From Tubulanus polymorphus (taxonomy: Eukaryota; Animalia; Nemertea): 64,000 bases of DNA. Shown one piece after another: positions 36,719-51,700 of the stretch. The translations under genes were made by a program, and so were the position numbers. The notes beneath the pieces are model-generated. The model saw nothing but the letters and a program-made list of their open reading frames with translations. It was not told the origin of the DNA and searched no databases. The stretch is taken from positions 31,042,299 through 31,106,298 of the forward strand of contig NC_134025.1 of NCBI RefSeq assembly GCF_964204645.1, in the 5' to 3' direction. How positions within the stretch are numbered: position 1 is the stretch's first letter; the number at the start of each line of letters is the position of its first letter.

Positions 36719-39700
36719 CAACAGAAAAAACAACGTAACACTCACGAGAAAAAGTCATCGAAACGTCGTCAATCGCCGGTGAATAAAACATCTACAAAAA
36801 ATAATCAGAAATCAGCGAATTCTGGAAGCCCAAACTCTAAACAGAATACTGTGTCACCTTTAACAAAAACGGTTCAGAGTCCGAGTGAATCTACTTCATC
36901 GTGTAGTACCGTCAGTCAAACAATACCGACCAGTAAAAATACGGAAGATTCAAATACGCGGAAAATTCAAAAAGATGATCTTTCACCGCACGCGAAATTG
37001 ACCAATCAGAATCAGAGTAACGACGATGAGAACTGTAGCGGTAAAACGGTCGGCAATTACGACAGTTTGTTTCCACGGACACCGGAACCACAGCAGACAC
37101 AGATAGAGAAACAGACGGATTCAAATAACGAGGTTCAATCGAGAACTAAACAAAACGAAATGAGTTCGGTCGATCCTGAAACTACTAAACTATCGGACGA
37201 AGCAATTCGTGGACAACTCGATTTATGGAGGTCGGAACTCGTACAAAGTTTGAAGGAAAGTAAGAAACATTCGGCAGCGGAAAATCAGTCGGAAACTCAT
37301 CAGACGTTAGCCTCGATCAGTATTCAAATAGATAACGCTGCAAGTGAATTCCCTCAAAAACAAACAACTCAAACTACGGAGAAAAAGATTGAAGACAAGA
37401 GAAAGATGGATTCTTTACCGAAATCTTGCCGGCAAACGGAACGTAATCCATCGCCGAAACGACAATTTGACGATCCAACTCCGAATTTAGATCCGGAATC
37501 ATTGATTGAACCCGTTACGCCGAATTCCGAGTTTCTAGCGAGTCCCGCGGCTCCGGATATTCCTGAAGAGCACGATCTAGAGAAAGAAAAACAACTTCAA
37601 AAAAAGTCTTCAGAATTCGAAGATTTATTAAAAACTGTCAATAAGCAATCGTCGCATGATTTATCGAAACCGAAGAGAGGAGAGATGTTTATGTCTGATG
37701 TTCGAAATGAACCGCAAATCAGAGACAAACAAATGAAAGAAATTCAGATATCGCATTTGAAAAACTACGATTCAGATGATAGAGGACTGAGGAACACAAG
37801 TAGTTATGGCAATGTGAGGAGTCCTCATGGGAGTTTCCAAAATCAGAACAGCCCTGTGATGCAGAGAAAGATACCTGAGCCATCTATGAGTACAAATAGT
37901 TATGGCGGCAATGTTAGGAGTCCTCATGGGAGTTTCCAAAATCAGAACAGCCCTGTGATGCAGAGAAAGATACCTGAGCCATCTATGAGTACAAATAGTT
38001 ATGGCGGCAATGTTAGGAGTCCTCATGGGAGTTTCCAAAATCAGAACAGCCCTGTGATGCAGAGAAAGATACCTGAGCTATCTATGAGTACAAATAGTTA
38101 TGGCGGCAATGTTAGGAGTCCTCATGGGAGTTTCCAAAATCAGAACAGCCCGGTGATGCAGAGAAAGTTAACTGAGCCATCTATGAATACAAATAGTTAT
38201 GTTAATGTGAGTAGTCCTCATACGACCTTCCAAAATCAAAACAGTCCAGTGATGCAGAGAAAGTTAACTGAGCCACCAATGAATACAAGCAGTTATGGCA
38301 ATGTTAGGAGTCCTCATGGGAGTTTCCAAAATCAGAACAGCCCTGTGATGCAAAGAAAGTTAACTGAGCCACCAATGAATTCAAATAATTATAGCAACAT
38401 CGCGAGTCCTCATGGGACCTTCCAGAATCAGAACAGCCCGGTGATGCAAAGAAAGTTAACTGAGCCACCAATGAATTCAAATAATTATAGCAACATCGCG
38501 AGTCCTCATGGGACCTTCCAGAATCAGAACAGCCCGGTGATGCAGAGAAAGTTGACTGAACCATTAACGGTTGATGTCGGTAGTCCTATGCAGCAGCACA
38601 ATATGAGTCGACATGTGAGTCCAATACATCATCAATCTCCAATGTCTACGATGAGTCCGAGTCATCGTAGTAATACGCCACGCGGCGGAGAACGACATCA
38701 ATCTCCGGTTCCATTTCATCATCACTATAAACCCTACTCAAATACAATTCCACAACGGAGTCCGGCCATGTCTAACCGTAATTACAGCAGTCCTTCGCAT
38801 CATTACGCATCTCCGTATCATAGTCCAGCTAAAACAGACAGCGGTCCCACTACTCCGGGCTCTCAATCAGTCAGCTGCATCACTCAAACAGCTCCAAGTA
38901 GTCCGGTATTTAATCGTCCGATATTAAACAGACCTAGTCCTCTTCCTCCGATGTCTCCTCATAGTCCATACCCGGAGCAATGGAAACATTGTACCACTCC
39001 AGCTCACGCTCCTCCGAGATTCGAGTCTCATTCTAGTCGTAATCCGTATTCTAGTCATCGTCAATCTGATCAGAGAGATGTTACCAGCAGCACCAGCAGC
39101 GGCTCTAGCGTTCCTCAGGATTTCAGTATTCGTACCTGTTCACCGTGGTCGGATAGAAACAGACACAATCTACCGCCTCCGAATCAGGGTTTCTATCGCG
39201 AGGGGTCGATGCATTCCTCGTCAGCAGGGTCGGGGGCTGGTAGACCTCATGGGAGATCCTCCTATCATACGGAATCAGTAGGATCTCCGCTGAATCTATC
39301 GGGAGATACATCAGCTCCCGCTTCATATACTTCAAATTATCATTCACCTCAACGTAAAGTAGCACCAGCAGCAGCAGCAGCAGCAGCAGTAGCATCAGTG
39401 GCATCAGTGGCCAGCCCTGCAAGAGATAAACAGCAATATCATCAAACTAATGATGACTCGGAGTGGACGTATATGTGCAATAAGTCAGGAAGAACATTTA
39501 CTTCAATGAACTCTTCTCAACAACAGAACCGTGCTCCTAATACTCACACATCATTTGAGAACTTCCTACCTCCTTCTGCTGCACAGTTACCAGCCGCTCA
39601 ACCTCCCCCTGCTCTCGATACCGGACAAACTCATCAAACTTATCAACCGGGTGAACATCATCTATTCACCGGAGAGACGGGTAACGCTCGACCGGCACAG

Positions 39701-42700
39701 AGCAGTAACCGAGGACGACGTGGAAGACCGCGCGGGCGTCCTAGAGGTAGCAAAACACGCGGGACTCGAAAAACAGACGCAACTTCACGAGTGACGATTC
39801 AGAGCAAGAAACAAAGTCTTCAAAAATCGTTCAACGCTTTGATCGAAGATTTAGAAGAGGAAGCTCAAAAACATAGAGAGATGATGAGCAATAATCAGAC
39901 GAATAGATACCGACCAGTAGTAGATAAACCTGCCCCATCACCGGCTTCATCGGACGAGTTCCCGGCATTCACAGTCCGCAGTCCCGGCCAGAATTATACT
40001 CAACATTGGACAGAAAAACATCATCATAAAGATCCGAAAAGACCTCACGTTAAAATGAATCAACAACAACAGTTTCTTAATGTAACCACTGAGAAGAATT
40101 ACCCCGGTCAGAGTGGACGCCACGAAGCTCCGAGACTTGAACGTCCTCGCACAGTGAATATCCTTGATGATGAAATTCCTGATATAGACGAACCGCAAGA
40201 TCTAACTGAAGTTCATCAACAACAGCAGCAGCAACTGAGAGTAAATACAACTCCAGCTCATGAACCAGTTTACGAGCCTCCATTATCCAGTACAAGAGCT
40301 ATAGATCTATCTGCAGGTGCCACTAATACGACAACAACACCTACATTCGATAAACTCAGACCTCCACCTCCTGAACCTGTTTTACTGAAAGATTTACTGA
40401 AGAGAAAACAGTTGTCTCATATCGCTGAACCAAAACCAGTTCCACCTTCTCCATCGCCTTTACTACTGTTAAATAATCCTCCTCACTTTACCAGCCCGGT
40501 GAAAACATCTTCGAAAAAATCAACATCGAAGCCTCCGCTTAGTCGTAAATCATCAAAAAGTAAAATGGAATCACCAATCCCGCGGATAGAACCGGTAAAT
40601 CAAGGAAACATCGGAATCATGGATAAAAACAGTTCGATTCTCGATCGCTACAAACAATTACATATTCCTATAGCAACAACAGCAGACGTGATGGATACCG
40701 AGCCGGAAATCGAAATACCTGGAACTCCGGAAACACCGGGAACACCGGGAACACCAGAAATACCGTCACCTTCCTGTAAACTCAAACTCAGTAAAAAGAA
40801 ATCAAAAGACGGTTCGAATGACGAAGATAGTTGGCAGGTAGATATGATAATGAGTCCCGAGGAAGAACGTGCTGCTTTGGAAAAGTTATACAGTCACGGT
40901 CGACAGCAAGGTTACTCACCGTTCAAAAATCAAAATAAAACCAGTCCCAGTAAATTCATCTACAAGAAAGATCGACTGAATTCGAAATTGTTCGGGATTT
41001 ATAAAAAAGTTTTCCGCGATTCGGACACCATTTCTTTCCATTGTAAAAATACAGTTAACTATCACCAGAGTCGAGCTGTTAAAAGTGCCGAGCGTAAAAC
41101 AAGGGGTATGGATAAAGTGCGGCATCGCGTAAAAATCCTGCGTCAAGATAAAATTAGATATGATTTCACGAAAATCGGCAACGAGCAAGTTGTGTTGAAT
41201 AAACTATCGCCGTGGGAGATACGCGGGATACAGGATGATTTACGATTGGGTGAAACAGTCGAGGACGTCGTACGAAGAGCGGAACGCTTCCGTCGTCATA
41301 GAAACCCTAAACCAACGCGGCGTAGACGGATTTTACCTTCATTCGACGACGAGGACGAAATAATGGAGGTTTCTATCGGTAACAACGATGGTCATTGTTA
41401 TTCGTTCGAGGATACAGTTCGAATGCAGCCGTTAAATTATTTCAACGAACCGCAGAAAGTGACGAGTAATTCGAGATTTGAGAAGTTGGAAAGACGATTA
41501 TCGGGAGCGAGTCATTCTCAAACGGACGATGAATGGTACGTGGTGACACCTGATGAGAATATTTCGTACTATGCAGACGCTGATTACGTTCCGAATGACT
41601 CGGATGATAGTGACAGCGATTTCGAGATTTCTAAACCCGCGTGCCCGTCGTTGTCATCGGCGAGCGTCAGTCCGGGAAAAAGAGCGGTAAGAGGAATAGC
41701 AAGGAGGAGAATAGAGAAATCATCGATCGAAAGTGATCTGTTCTCGTGTGGAGCCAGCGAACGTACGTCGCCTCTCGTATCGACGTGGTCCAGTAAAAAC
41801 GATCTGACTTCGACTCTAGATAAACCATCGACTCCAAAATTCGATATGTTTAAAGTAATCGATGACAGTAAAGCAGTCGTTATAGTACAACGAGTCGAGC
41901 AACAATTCCCGAATATATTCCAAGGTCGCGCGGTCCACGAGGTCATCGCCAGCAAGAAAACGATATTGTGTAAAGATATCAACGGTGAAATTGTTCTCGA
42001 AGTCGTCGACAAACACGAGTCGGAAAAACCCGAAGTTAAATACGATAAGAGTTACCCGGTGTTATATCGAAACTTCTTCGATCTGATGGACAACGAGAGA
42101 GCTCACGCGGACGAGCTCATCGCGAGGAAATCATCATCGTCAAAAATTAGAAGTCCGGTGAGTTCTAAAAAGACGACTCCTAAGAAAGGTCTGATACAAT
42201 ACAAGAGTAATGATACCGACGATGATGATTTGCAGTTTAGTGACGAGGAGGAGAATAGCGCCTCGAATAAGAGCAGCAGCACGACGCAAGAAGTAGAAGA
42301 ACTCGATCCTGTGACGGGAATTTTAGTAAAACGTCGTAAAGACGGACGAGTTGTTAAACCGAAGAAAAAGAATACATCGCTTCATAAACGATTATCGTTA
42401 GCGTTCTGTAAACCTGTTAAACGGCGTAGAAATAGTTCCAGTCCGAGTCCGAAAGTTCAGAAAATCAACAACGGTTTGTCGGCTTTGCACGAAGCTACGT
42501 TACGTAATATAATAGCGAAACCGGACAGCTGCGCAGCTGACTGCGATGACTTCATCGTCAGGTACGACGACGTTATGTACAAATTTGCGTTGTTCTCTCC
42601 TCCGGCGTCGGAGCGCGGAGAACTGTCTCCTCCGATGCCGTTATCTCCGGAACAAATACACGAACAACAAGAAGAACAGGAGAAACCGATCGAAAAGTGT

Positions 42701-45700
42701 CTGAAACGTTCGAACAGCGGTTTGAGTACGAGAAGTTTACTGAATTCAACTTCATCGTTGGAGGACTGCGAGATTATAGAAAACGATCGAAATGATTTGA
42801 TCTCATTCGCGTCCGGTTTGAACAATAAAACTGGTTCTAAGAGCGGAGGAGCATCGAGTAAACGTTTAGACAATAACGATTACGAGACAGCGGATTACAC
42901 GAATACTGATTACCAAACGCATCAGATCAGTTTTACCGATCAGTTCGAAATGAGAAATAAACTAACTAACGAAGAGGAAGAAGATGATGAAATATTCGTA
43001 TCGATGAAATCAGAGGAAACTAAAAAAGTCGAAGATGAAAAGAGGAAAGATGCTGCTACCTCCTCGGATGGTGCGTACAGCGGGTCACATCTATCCGTTC
43101 CCGTATCTTACCAACCTCATCAACTCTCTCCATCAATTCATCACAACGATGATTCATCGCTTTCATTAGACATGTCTAAATCTCCGAAAACAATCATCTA
43201 CGCTGAGGACGTTCTAAAAAATCCACATCATTGGAGATCGCCGCAGGGTTCCAGTCCCGAACCCTTATTCATGTTTGATTCTAACGCGACTGATGACGTG
43301 ATATGGGTCGGAGAGGAACACGGTTCAGTTAAAAGTGGAGCTACATCTCCTCATGGTAGCTGCAATAGCGAAGGGAAGCTGTCTAACTACAGCCGAGCAT
43401 CCGGTGTCAGCATATCTAACAATCAACACAGTCCTGTTTATACAGATACAGCTGATGATAACAACGCAAATACACAGTCAATCAATGAAAAACCAGTTAT
43501 ATTTCAACCATATAAATTAACTGGTACCGACTCAGTTGAAGAACCCAATCTACCGGCATCTAGTAATTCTGCTCCCAAATTCGAATCCAAACCCGATGCT
43601 TCGTCAAACTTACCCGAAAAAATGGACACTACAGAAATCGGAAAATTGAGCAAAGATGATGATAATTACCAGAATGTCGGTGAGAATGAAGACGGAATTT
43701 GTAGTTTGCAGATTATTGATGTTAGATCTGAAGCTTCTGATCAATCTTACGCTTTGAAGAAGGCGCGATCACCGGCGAGCAGTCAGGGGGCGAGTGAGGA
43801 TGAAGATAATACTACGATAAAACAACAAACGAAAACTGATGATCGTCTACAAAGTAGACAACGGTGTAGAAAAGAGAAGAAAGTTTTACTGGCGAGAGAA
43901 TATTCATCGGCGCCGTGTTCACCGAGTTCGCAGTTGAGTATCGACGATAAAGTATCGGTTTATTCCGATTGTATGGGACAAGGACCGAAGCATCGGTGGA
44001 AACAATGGAATAAATTTCATAAAGAACCGAGCGATGAACCGGCTGATAACGATAGAACCGTCAGACACAGCGACCTCTCCGCTTACTCCCGTAAGTATCA
44101 TCTGAACCATCGCATTGAAATATAGAAAATCACACACAGATGAAATATATTATTTTGTAATAGTTTCAGGATTTTGGCTAATTGCCATAATTCTGTGAAT
44201 ATGGAATTTAGGCAAAAGCTAGAAAATAAGAATATTTGTCATCGATTGTGGGATTTTTTTTTATTGGAAATCATCAGTTAATCGTCAGACTATTTGATTT
44301 TATTGATGTAGCGAAAACAATTCATATGTTTGTTTTTCAGACTTGACTCCAACGGATGCAAGTCGGCACAAAAATCTCCTGAAAGTAGACAAGTCAAAGG
44401 AATGCAGCTCTAAAGAAGTGCTACCGACCTCTAGTGGTTTATCTGTCAGTTTACAACCGTGGTTAAAAGATCAATCTCTATTTATGAACTATCGATGGTC
44501 ACCGTCGCCACCTAATTCATCAAACAGTTCAAACAGAGAAATGAATGATGTTCAATCATCATCTAGTTCTCCACATCGACCTTGGGAGGAACGCAACACT
44601 AAATCACCAGGTTCTGAGTCAAATGTGACTAGTATATCCGGAAGATCGACCGCTACTAAAATGAAATCTGAATGGAGCTTTCAAGCTCAACTTGAGGAAC
44701 TGCGCTTACAGATGGAAAAATCTGCTCGATCGCCAGTCAGAAACACTGACCAGACGCCAATCAGAAACACTGTCCAGACGCCAGTCAGAAACACTGACCA
44801 GACGCCAGTCAGAAACACTGACCAAACACCAGTCAGAAACACTGACCAAACGCCAGTCAGAAACACTGACAAGACGCCAGTCAGAAACACTGACCAGACT
44901 CCAGTCAGAAACACTGACCAGACGCCAGTCAGAAACACTGACCAGACGCCAGTCAGAAACACTGTCCAGACGCCAGTCAGAAATGCTGACCAGACACCAG
45001 TCAGAAACACTGACCAAACGCCAATCAGAAATGCTGACCAGACACCAGTCAGAAACACTGACAAGATGGTGGTCAGAAACACTGACCAAACGCCAGTAAG
45101 AAACACTGACCAGACTCCAGTCAGAAACACTGACCAGATGCCTGTCAGAAATGTTGACCAAACACCAGTCAGAAATATTGACCAAATCTCTGTCAGAAAC
45201 ACTGACCAAAAGCCTGTTGAAAACAATGATCTAACACAAGTTAGAAACGCTGACCAAACTAAACCTCAGTCTTATTATGAATTAGACATTCAACGACAGT
45301 CGCCTACTTTCATAACATCCATCATCAATGAAACTCATCGAACTGATGTAGTTTCCACTTCAAATAAAGGTACCACACCTATACCTGGTGTAAGTAAGGC
45401 AGAAGATACTAGAACTGAAGCAACTCCAATGACCTCTCTGCGAACTGATACTGATTTCAGTGGGAAAAATGAATGTGACGAAAGCATAAGTACTAATGAA
45501 GATTTAGATGATAGTAAAGATTTTATCCACCATTCACCGGTCAATGATAATGATATAACATCATCTCCTGTACCTGTGACTGAGCAGCAAAACGAGCAAA
45601 GTATTGAAGACAATAGTAAGGATGATAGTAAACACTATGAACAAATTAGTTCAGTTGAAGATGAAGACAAAATGAGTGAAAAATCTGAACGGAGTGAATC

Positions 45701-48700
45701 AAAGAATAATTCACCAGTATATAAATCAATATGGTCCCCAGTCGATGATTTGAGTCATGATTTTGCTGATCCTAGCGACATCTTTATTCAAACGAGAAAA
45801 TCAACTGTACCAAAAGTCATTCAGCATGATGTCGCTAGCAATGAAATTAACAAAGATGTGGTTTCAACAAAAGCGGTGGAAATAAATTCAATTCCTGGCT
45901 GTTCTGAAGCAGAAGATGTTAGTTTATCTAAAACTGATCGAGCAGAAAATAACCTATTAGTTCAGAATGAGCCTAGTTCAACCCATCATACTAAATCTCC
46001 TAGTCCTATCAGGTCACCATCAGCTAGTTCAACTCCACCCCCTCGTACTAAATCTAGTCCTATCAGGTCACCATCAGCTATTTCAACTCCACCCCCTCGT
46101 ACTAAATCTCCTAGTCCTATCAGGTCACCATCAGCTAGTTCAACTCCACCCCCTCGTACTAAATCTCCTAGTCCTATCAGGTCACCATCAGCTAGTTCAA
46201 CTCCACCCTCTCGTACTAAATCTCCTAGTCCTATCAGGTCACCATCAGCTAGTTCAACTCCACCCCCTCGTACTAAATCTCCTAGTCCTATCTGGTCACC
46301 AGCTGCTTTCCTCGATGAACCAGTAACTGCTGAAAACAAAACCAAACCTGTCGATGAGAATGTTATTCATACGAGTACACCTGATTTACAACAGACCGGT
46401 AAGATATGGTCACCGGGTCGAGAGGAGTCTCAGAATTCTGAGAAAAACTCTGAGATCACTTCTGATGAAAATGACGTCGATAAACCTGAAAAACCTGCTA
46501 CAAACAGTACACAATTCTCAGAAGAACCCAATCTGTCGACTGTGATTCAAAAATTCCACCCTCTTCATCCGAGGAGATCAATCTGGTCTGACGATGATAA
46601 ACTAATGGATGATTTCGATTATTCGGATTGTCAATCCGAGTACAACAGCTCGCCGAGATCATACTTCTCACCTCAAACTGTAAATAGTCCGTGTTATACA
46701 GGGCTGCATTCATCACCTCATAAAACTGACACAGCTTCAACATCGACTGCACAACCAGAAAACAAAGATTCTGCTGAGAAAATAGAGAAACATCGCGTCT
46801 CTCTGCAACCGAGTTTTACCAGCCCTATAAGTCCAGTTTTGTCGCCAGTTATAAATAAAAATCAAGACGATGTTTCTAACAACAAACAGACTGAATCAGA
46901 TGCAACTAAAGACCACCTCAAATCGGATGTTCTGAACACTGCGGTACCGTTAAACAAAAGATTTCAAGTTAATTTACCACAAGTTTTCGAGTCGCCAACA
47001 CCTCAAATATTTATGAACAAAAAACCACTTGCAACTTGTGACATTGGAAGACGTTTAGTTGTATTACCGATGGTTTATGATTCTCCAACTCCACAACCAC
47101 TTTTGCTAAACGATAAAACAGCTGAAAGTGATGAATCACCTCGAGTTAAAACTGTTTCACTTGATACAGAAAAATCTGGAAACAAAATGAATAGTGATGC
47201 CCAAAAATTAGCAAATATATGGTCACCGTTCAAAATGGAAGAGGAGAGTGAAGAGAAAATAGATACTGAAGAAATAGAAATGTCATCTTCTGAGAGAATA
47301 GATTTCGATACTCAGTCTATGTCAAGTGAAGATCATGAAAGTAGTGAATTCAGGCTACATTTAACACCGAGTCCGGAAATGAGTCCGTCGTACGAGTCTT
47401 CTGAGAAACCATCGGAAAGTTCAGATCAGTTAATATCACCAGAATCAATAGAACTTCGATCAAATCCATCGTATTCTACTAAACCTAAAATATTGCCATC
47501 CGTTAGATTGACTGAAGTGGAACATTCATCAACAATTTCTGGACATTCACCTGGTGCTTCACCAGTATCAGTTACAGCTTCTCCAGTATCAGTTACAGCT
47601 TCTCCAGTATCAACAAGAACTTCACCAGTATCGGCTAGTCCTTCAATCATCTCTGATACTGACACACGTAGTCCTATATGGTCACCGTATAGAGATTGTG
47701 AATCTCCTAAAATCGAAGAAGAATTGTCTAGAAGTCCAGTATCTGAACCTGAAAAACTATCACCGCAATCAATTGTTCAACCTTCACCTAAACAGATCTG
47801 GTCTCCTCACAGAAACGAGGAAGATTCAGATGACAAGAGTGACAAGATATCTGAATGTCCTTGTCCTAGGGAATCAACTATGTCACAGATTGAACCTATG
47901 CAACATTGTTCTCCAGATTCTGTAGTGAATAGACCACAAATCTGGTCTCCTCACAGAAATGAGGATGTTGATGGAAGTGAAAAGAAATCAGAAGATCCTA
48001 TCGAGTTAACTATGCAGCTTAGTTCACAGATTAAATCTCTTGGTATGCAACCTGTTTCTCAGATTGAACCTATGCAACCTGATTCTCCTGAATATGTAGT
48101 GAATAGACCTTCTAAAATCACGTCTCCTCAGAGAAATGAAGATGATGATGTAAATGTAGATGGACAAAAGTTGGTATTTTCATGCCCAATTGAATCAGCT
48201 ATGCAACCTAGTTCTGAATACATAGTAAATCCAACTCCTGGAATCAGGTCTCCACACAGAAAAGAGGAAGATGATGATCCTGTGGATAATAATGAAAAGA
48301 AAGGCCAATGTTCAAGTCCAATTGAATCAACTATGCAGTCTAATTCGAATATCAAACCTATACAGCCTTATACTCTTGAGCCTTTAGTGATGAGACCTCC
48401 TAAAATTTGGTCTCCGCTCAGGAATGAACAGGATGATGATATTGATGATGTGAATGGAAAAATATCTGTATGTCGAAGTCCAGTTGAATCTGAACCTGAA
48501 GTGAATAGACCTGACATCTGGTCTCCTCACAGAAATGATCAGGATACTGAAGACAAAAATGAAAAGGTATCTGAATTTTCAATTCCAACTACGCAGCTTA
48601 CATCACAAATTGAGCCTACACAACCTGAATCTATCCGGATTAAACCAAAGATCTGGTCTCCTCATAGAAATGAAGATGATGCTGATGATGATAAAAATGA

Positions 48701-51700
48701 CAATGAATTATCTCCAGTGTCGATATATGTTAGTGCTGTTGAAACAGTTGAACAGTCGGTGATAGAACCGGAACAAACCGAGAAATCAGAATCTAGTAAT
48801 CAGAGAGACTTACAGCAGTCTAAATCACCTGAACGACCTACTATCTGGTCTCCTCATAGAGATCACAGTAGTTCACTTGTCCAATCACCGAGCCAACAAA
48901 GTCCTGCTCAAATCTGGTCCCCCTACAGAGATAGCCCCAGTCCGGTTTATCTAACATGTAAAAGTCCAGTAGATTCTGATCGGTTGTCACCACAACGAAG
49001 TCCGCATTCCTCAACAGTGGACAAATCTCCAACTCGGTCAATATCGAGGAGTCCAATCTGGTCTCCACATATAGATTTGAAATCTCCAAATTCGGTACAA
49101 AGTCATTCCCGATCTCCAAGTCCAAATCCTAGATCTCCAAGTCCAAATCCTAGATCTCCTAGTCCAGATCCTAGATCTCCTTGTCCAAATCCTAGATCTC
49201 CAAGTCCAAATCCTAGATCTCCTAGTCCAAATCCTAGATCTCCTTGTCCAAATCCTAGATCTTGTCCGAATATTAGATCTCCTAGTTCAAATCCTCCTTG
49301 TGCTATTTATACATCTCCCAGTCCAATTCCTCTATCTGTTAGTCCAATTCTTGCCTCTCCTGGTCAAATTCCGGATGAAAAACCTGGGATACTTTCTGAG
49401 GATGATCTGATCAGACAAAGAAAAAGTCCGATCTGGTCGCCGCATCGTGATTTAGACAATGTATGTGAAATCGCAGAGCAAAGTTCACCAGAACCGGAAA
49501 GACTGAATGAAACTGGAGCCGACCTTATTGAACAAAATCCAGTAGAGCAGACTGAGAATGGACAGACAGAGGTGAGCCAGACAGACGCAAGGCAGACGGA
49601 GGTGAGCCAGATGGAGTTGAGGCAGACGATGGAAGATGAAGATATGGATTTGATTCCTTGCGCGCAACTTCCTCATCCATCATCACAGAAATGTCTTAAT
49701 GAATCTCTACAGCAAACTGAAGTTAATAAACCTACTTCGAGTAACAGTTCAGATGAAGCTATGAAAATTAATGATTCAATAAAATCGAATCAAAGTCCAC
49801 CTGCAAAGTTTCAAATATGGTCACCACATTCTGAGTATGACAGTCCATCACCGCTGCTACAGTGTGGACAGCCAGACAGATCGCAAACACCACTCCGGAT
49901 ACCAGCAACGCCTCCAGACATACATCATCAAGATACTTCAGATAATAGTGATGATGGCTCATCATCTCCTCAATATCAACAGAATCCTCCGGAATACAGC
50001 CCTTATAAAGCACCGAAACCTAAAATCATTTCAACAGCTGGCGCACAATACTCAGTTTGGCCTCTGAGTGCATACGTGAGACAAGAGAATAGGACAACAG
50101 AATGTGAATACAGTAGTGAAAACTCACCAGCTTCTGAAAAACCAGAATCTGAAGAGGAGCTACTACAAAACCACGAAGTTACGTCTAATTCTGATGAAGA
50201 TTTGATACCTTGCGCTCAGCCACAATCAGAAAGAAAAGTCTCACATGTGACCCCAAAACCGAAGATTTGGTCGCCGCATCGAGATGAGCTTTCTGAGAGT
50301 GAGGATGGTGAGGAACTAAATTCATCTGAAGTTAAAGAAAGCGAAGAAGTGAATGAATCAGTTTCAGAATTATCATTAAATCTTACTGTTACATCATCAT
50401 CTGATGCAAGTGAAAGTTCTAAAAACCACCAATCAATAACATCAGAATATGATGATATTATTCCATGTGGTCAATCAGTATTAGCTGAACCACTGGATAC
50501 TCATCAACATCAAGATGATAATGAACATTTTAATGACGAGCCAGCAATTTCACCTGCATCAAGTGAAGACACTGAACTGTCTCAAGAGGGTTTAGAGCCA
50601 GAATCTCATATAGTTGTAGAGCAAGAATCTCATAAAGACACAGAATCTCCTGAAGATACAGGACCACAGTCTCCCAAAAATACAGGACCACGGTCTCCTA
50701 GAAAAACAGGCAGACAGTCTCCTAAAAATACAGGACCATATTCTCCTAAAAATACAGGACCACATTTTCCTAGAAATACAGGACCACAGTCTCCTAAAAA
50801 TACAGGACCACAGTCTCCTAATGTTGTCAAACCCGAGTCAGATGAATCTGCTTCAGAGGAACCACCATTTCCAAATGAAGAAGTACCACAATCTTTAAAA
50901 TCCCCAAACAATAAGGAATTAAATACTGGAAGAGATGAAGAAAGTGAAACACCTAGAGATAGAAGTTTGATCTGTCAGTCAAAAGACACTTCTTCCTCTG
51001 ATGATTCCCGTGATTCTACTCCGCAGAGAGAACTAGCACGAGCCGTTGCTTTATCATTACAACAACCTGTCAAACCTTACGAAGGAGCTTTTGATTCTAG
51101 CCCTTTGTGGTTTCCAGCGTGGGATCGATTAAAATCACCACCAGAATCGGGTAACAATTCTCCAGTTCAGTCTCTGAATGATCCGATCAGTCCAGTCCTG
51201 TCACCTGCAAGTTTAAACCAGGAACGAAGAAATTCAAATGACGCCCAAAAATCCGAACTAGAAATTCCGGTCCCCGCGGCGGAAAATTCAGAAAGAAAAA
51301 TCTGGTCTCCGATTCAAGAAATGATATCATCTCCAAAACCGACGGCTATCTGGTCTCCGGGATCAGACCATGACTCGAGTAAACCCTCGTCTCCTAGTGA
51401 TCATCAAACCATCTCGCCACAAACAACTACTTCACCTGTTTCATTCTCAATCAGTTCCCTGTTAGAAACAACTCACAATACAATACCAATCAAAGAGGAC
51501 AATGAATTAGAAACTTCAGTAAGTCTGAGAGCAGATGAGTCGAACATAATGAACCCTGAAATATTGCCGAATCAACTCGCCGGTGGTGAGGAAAATACTA
51601 CAACAGAAGATACAAATAAAACCACTGATAATTCAAATAAAGAAAGTGCTGATTCTGAGGAGACTAGTGAGATACCTGCTGCTGTATCGAGCGGTGTCAG

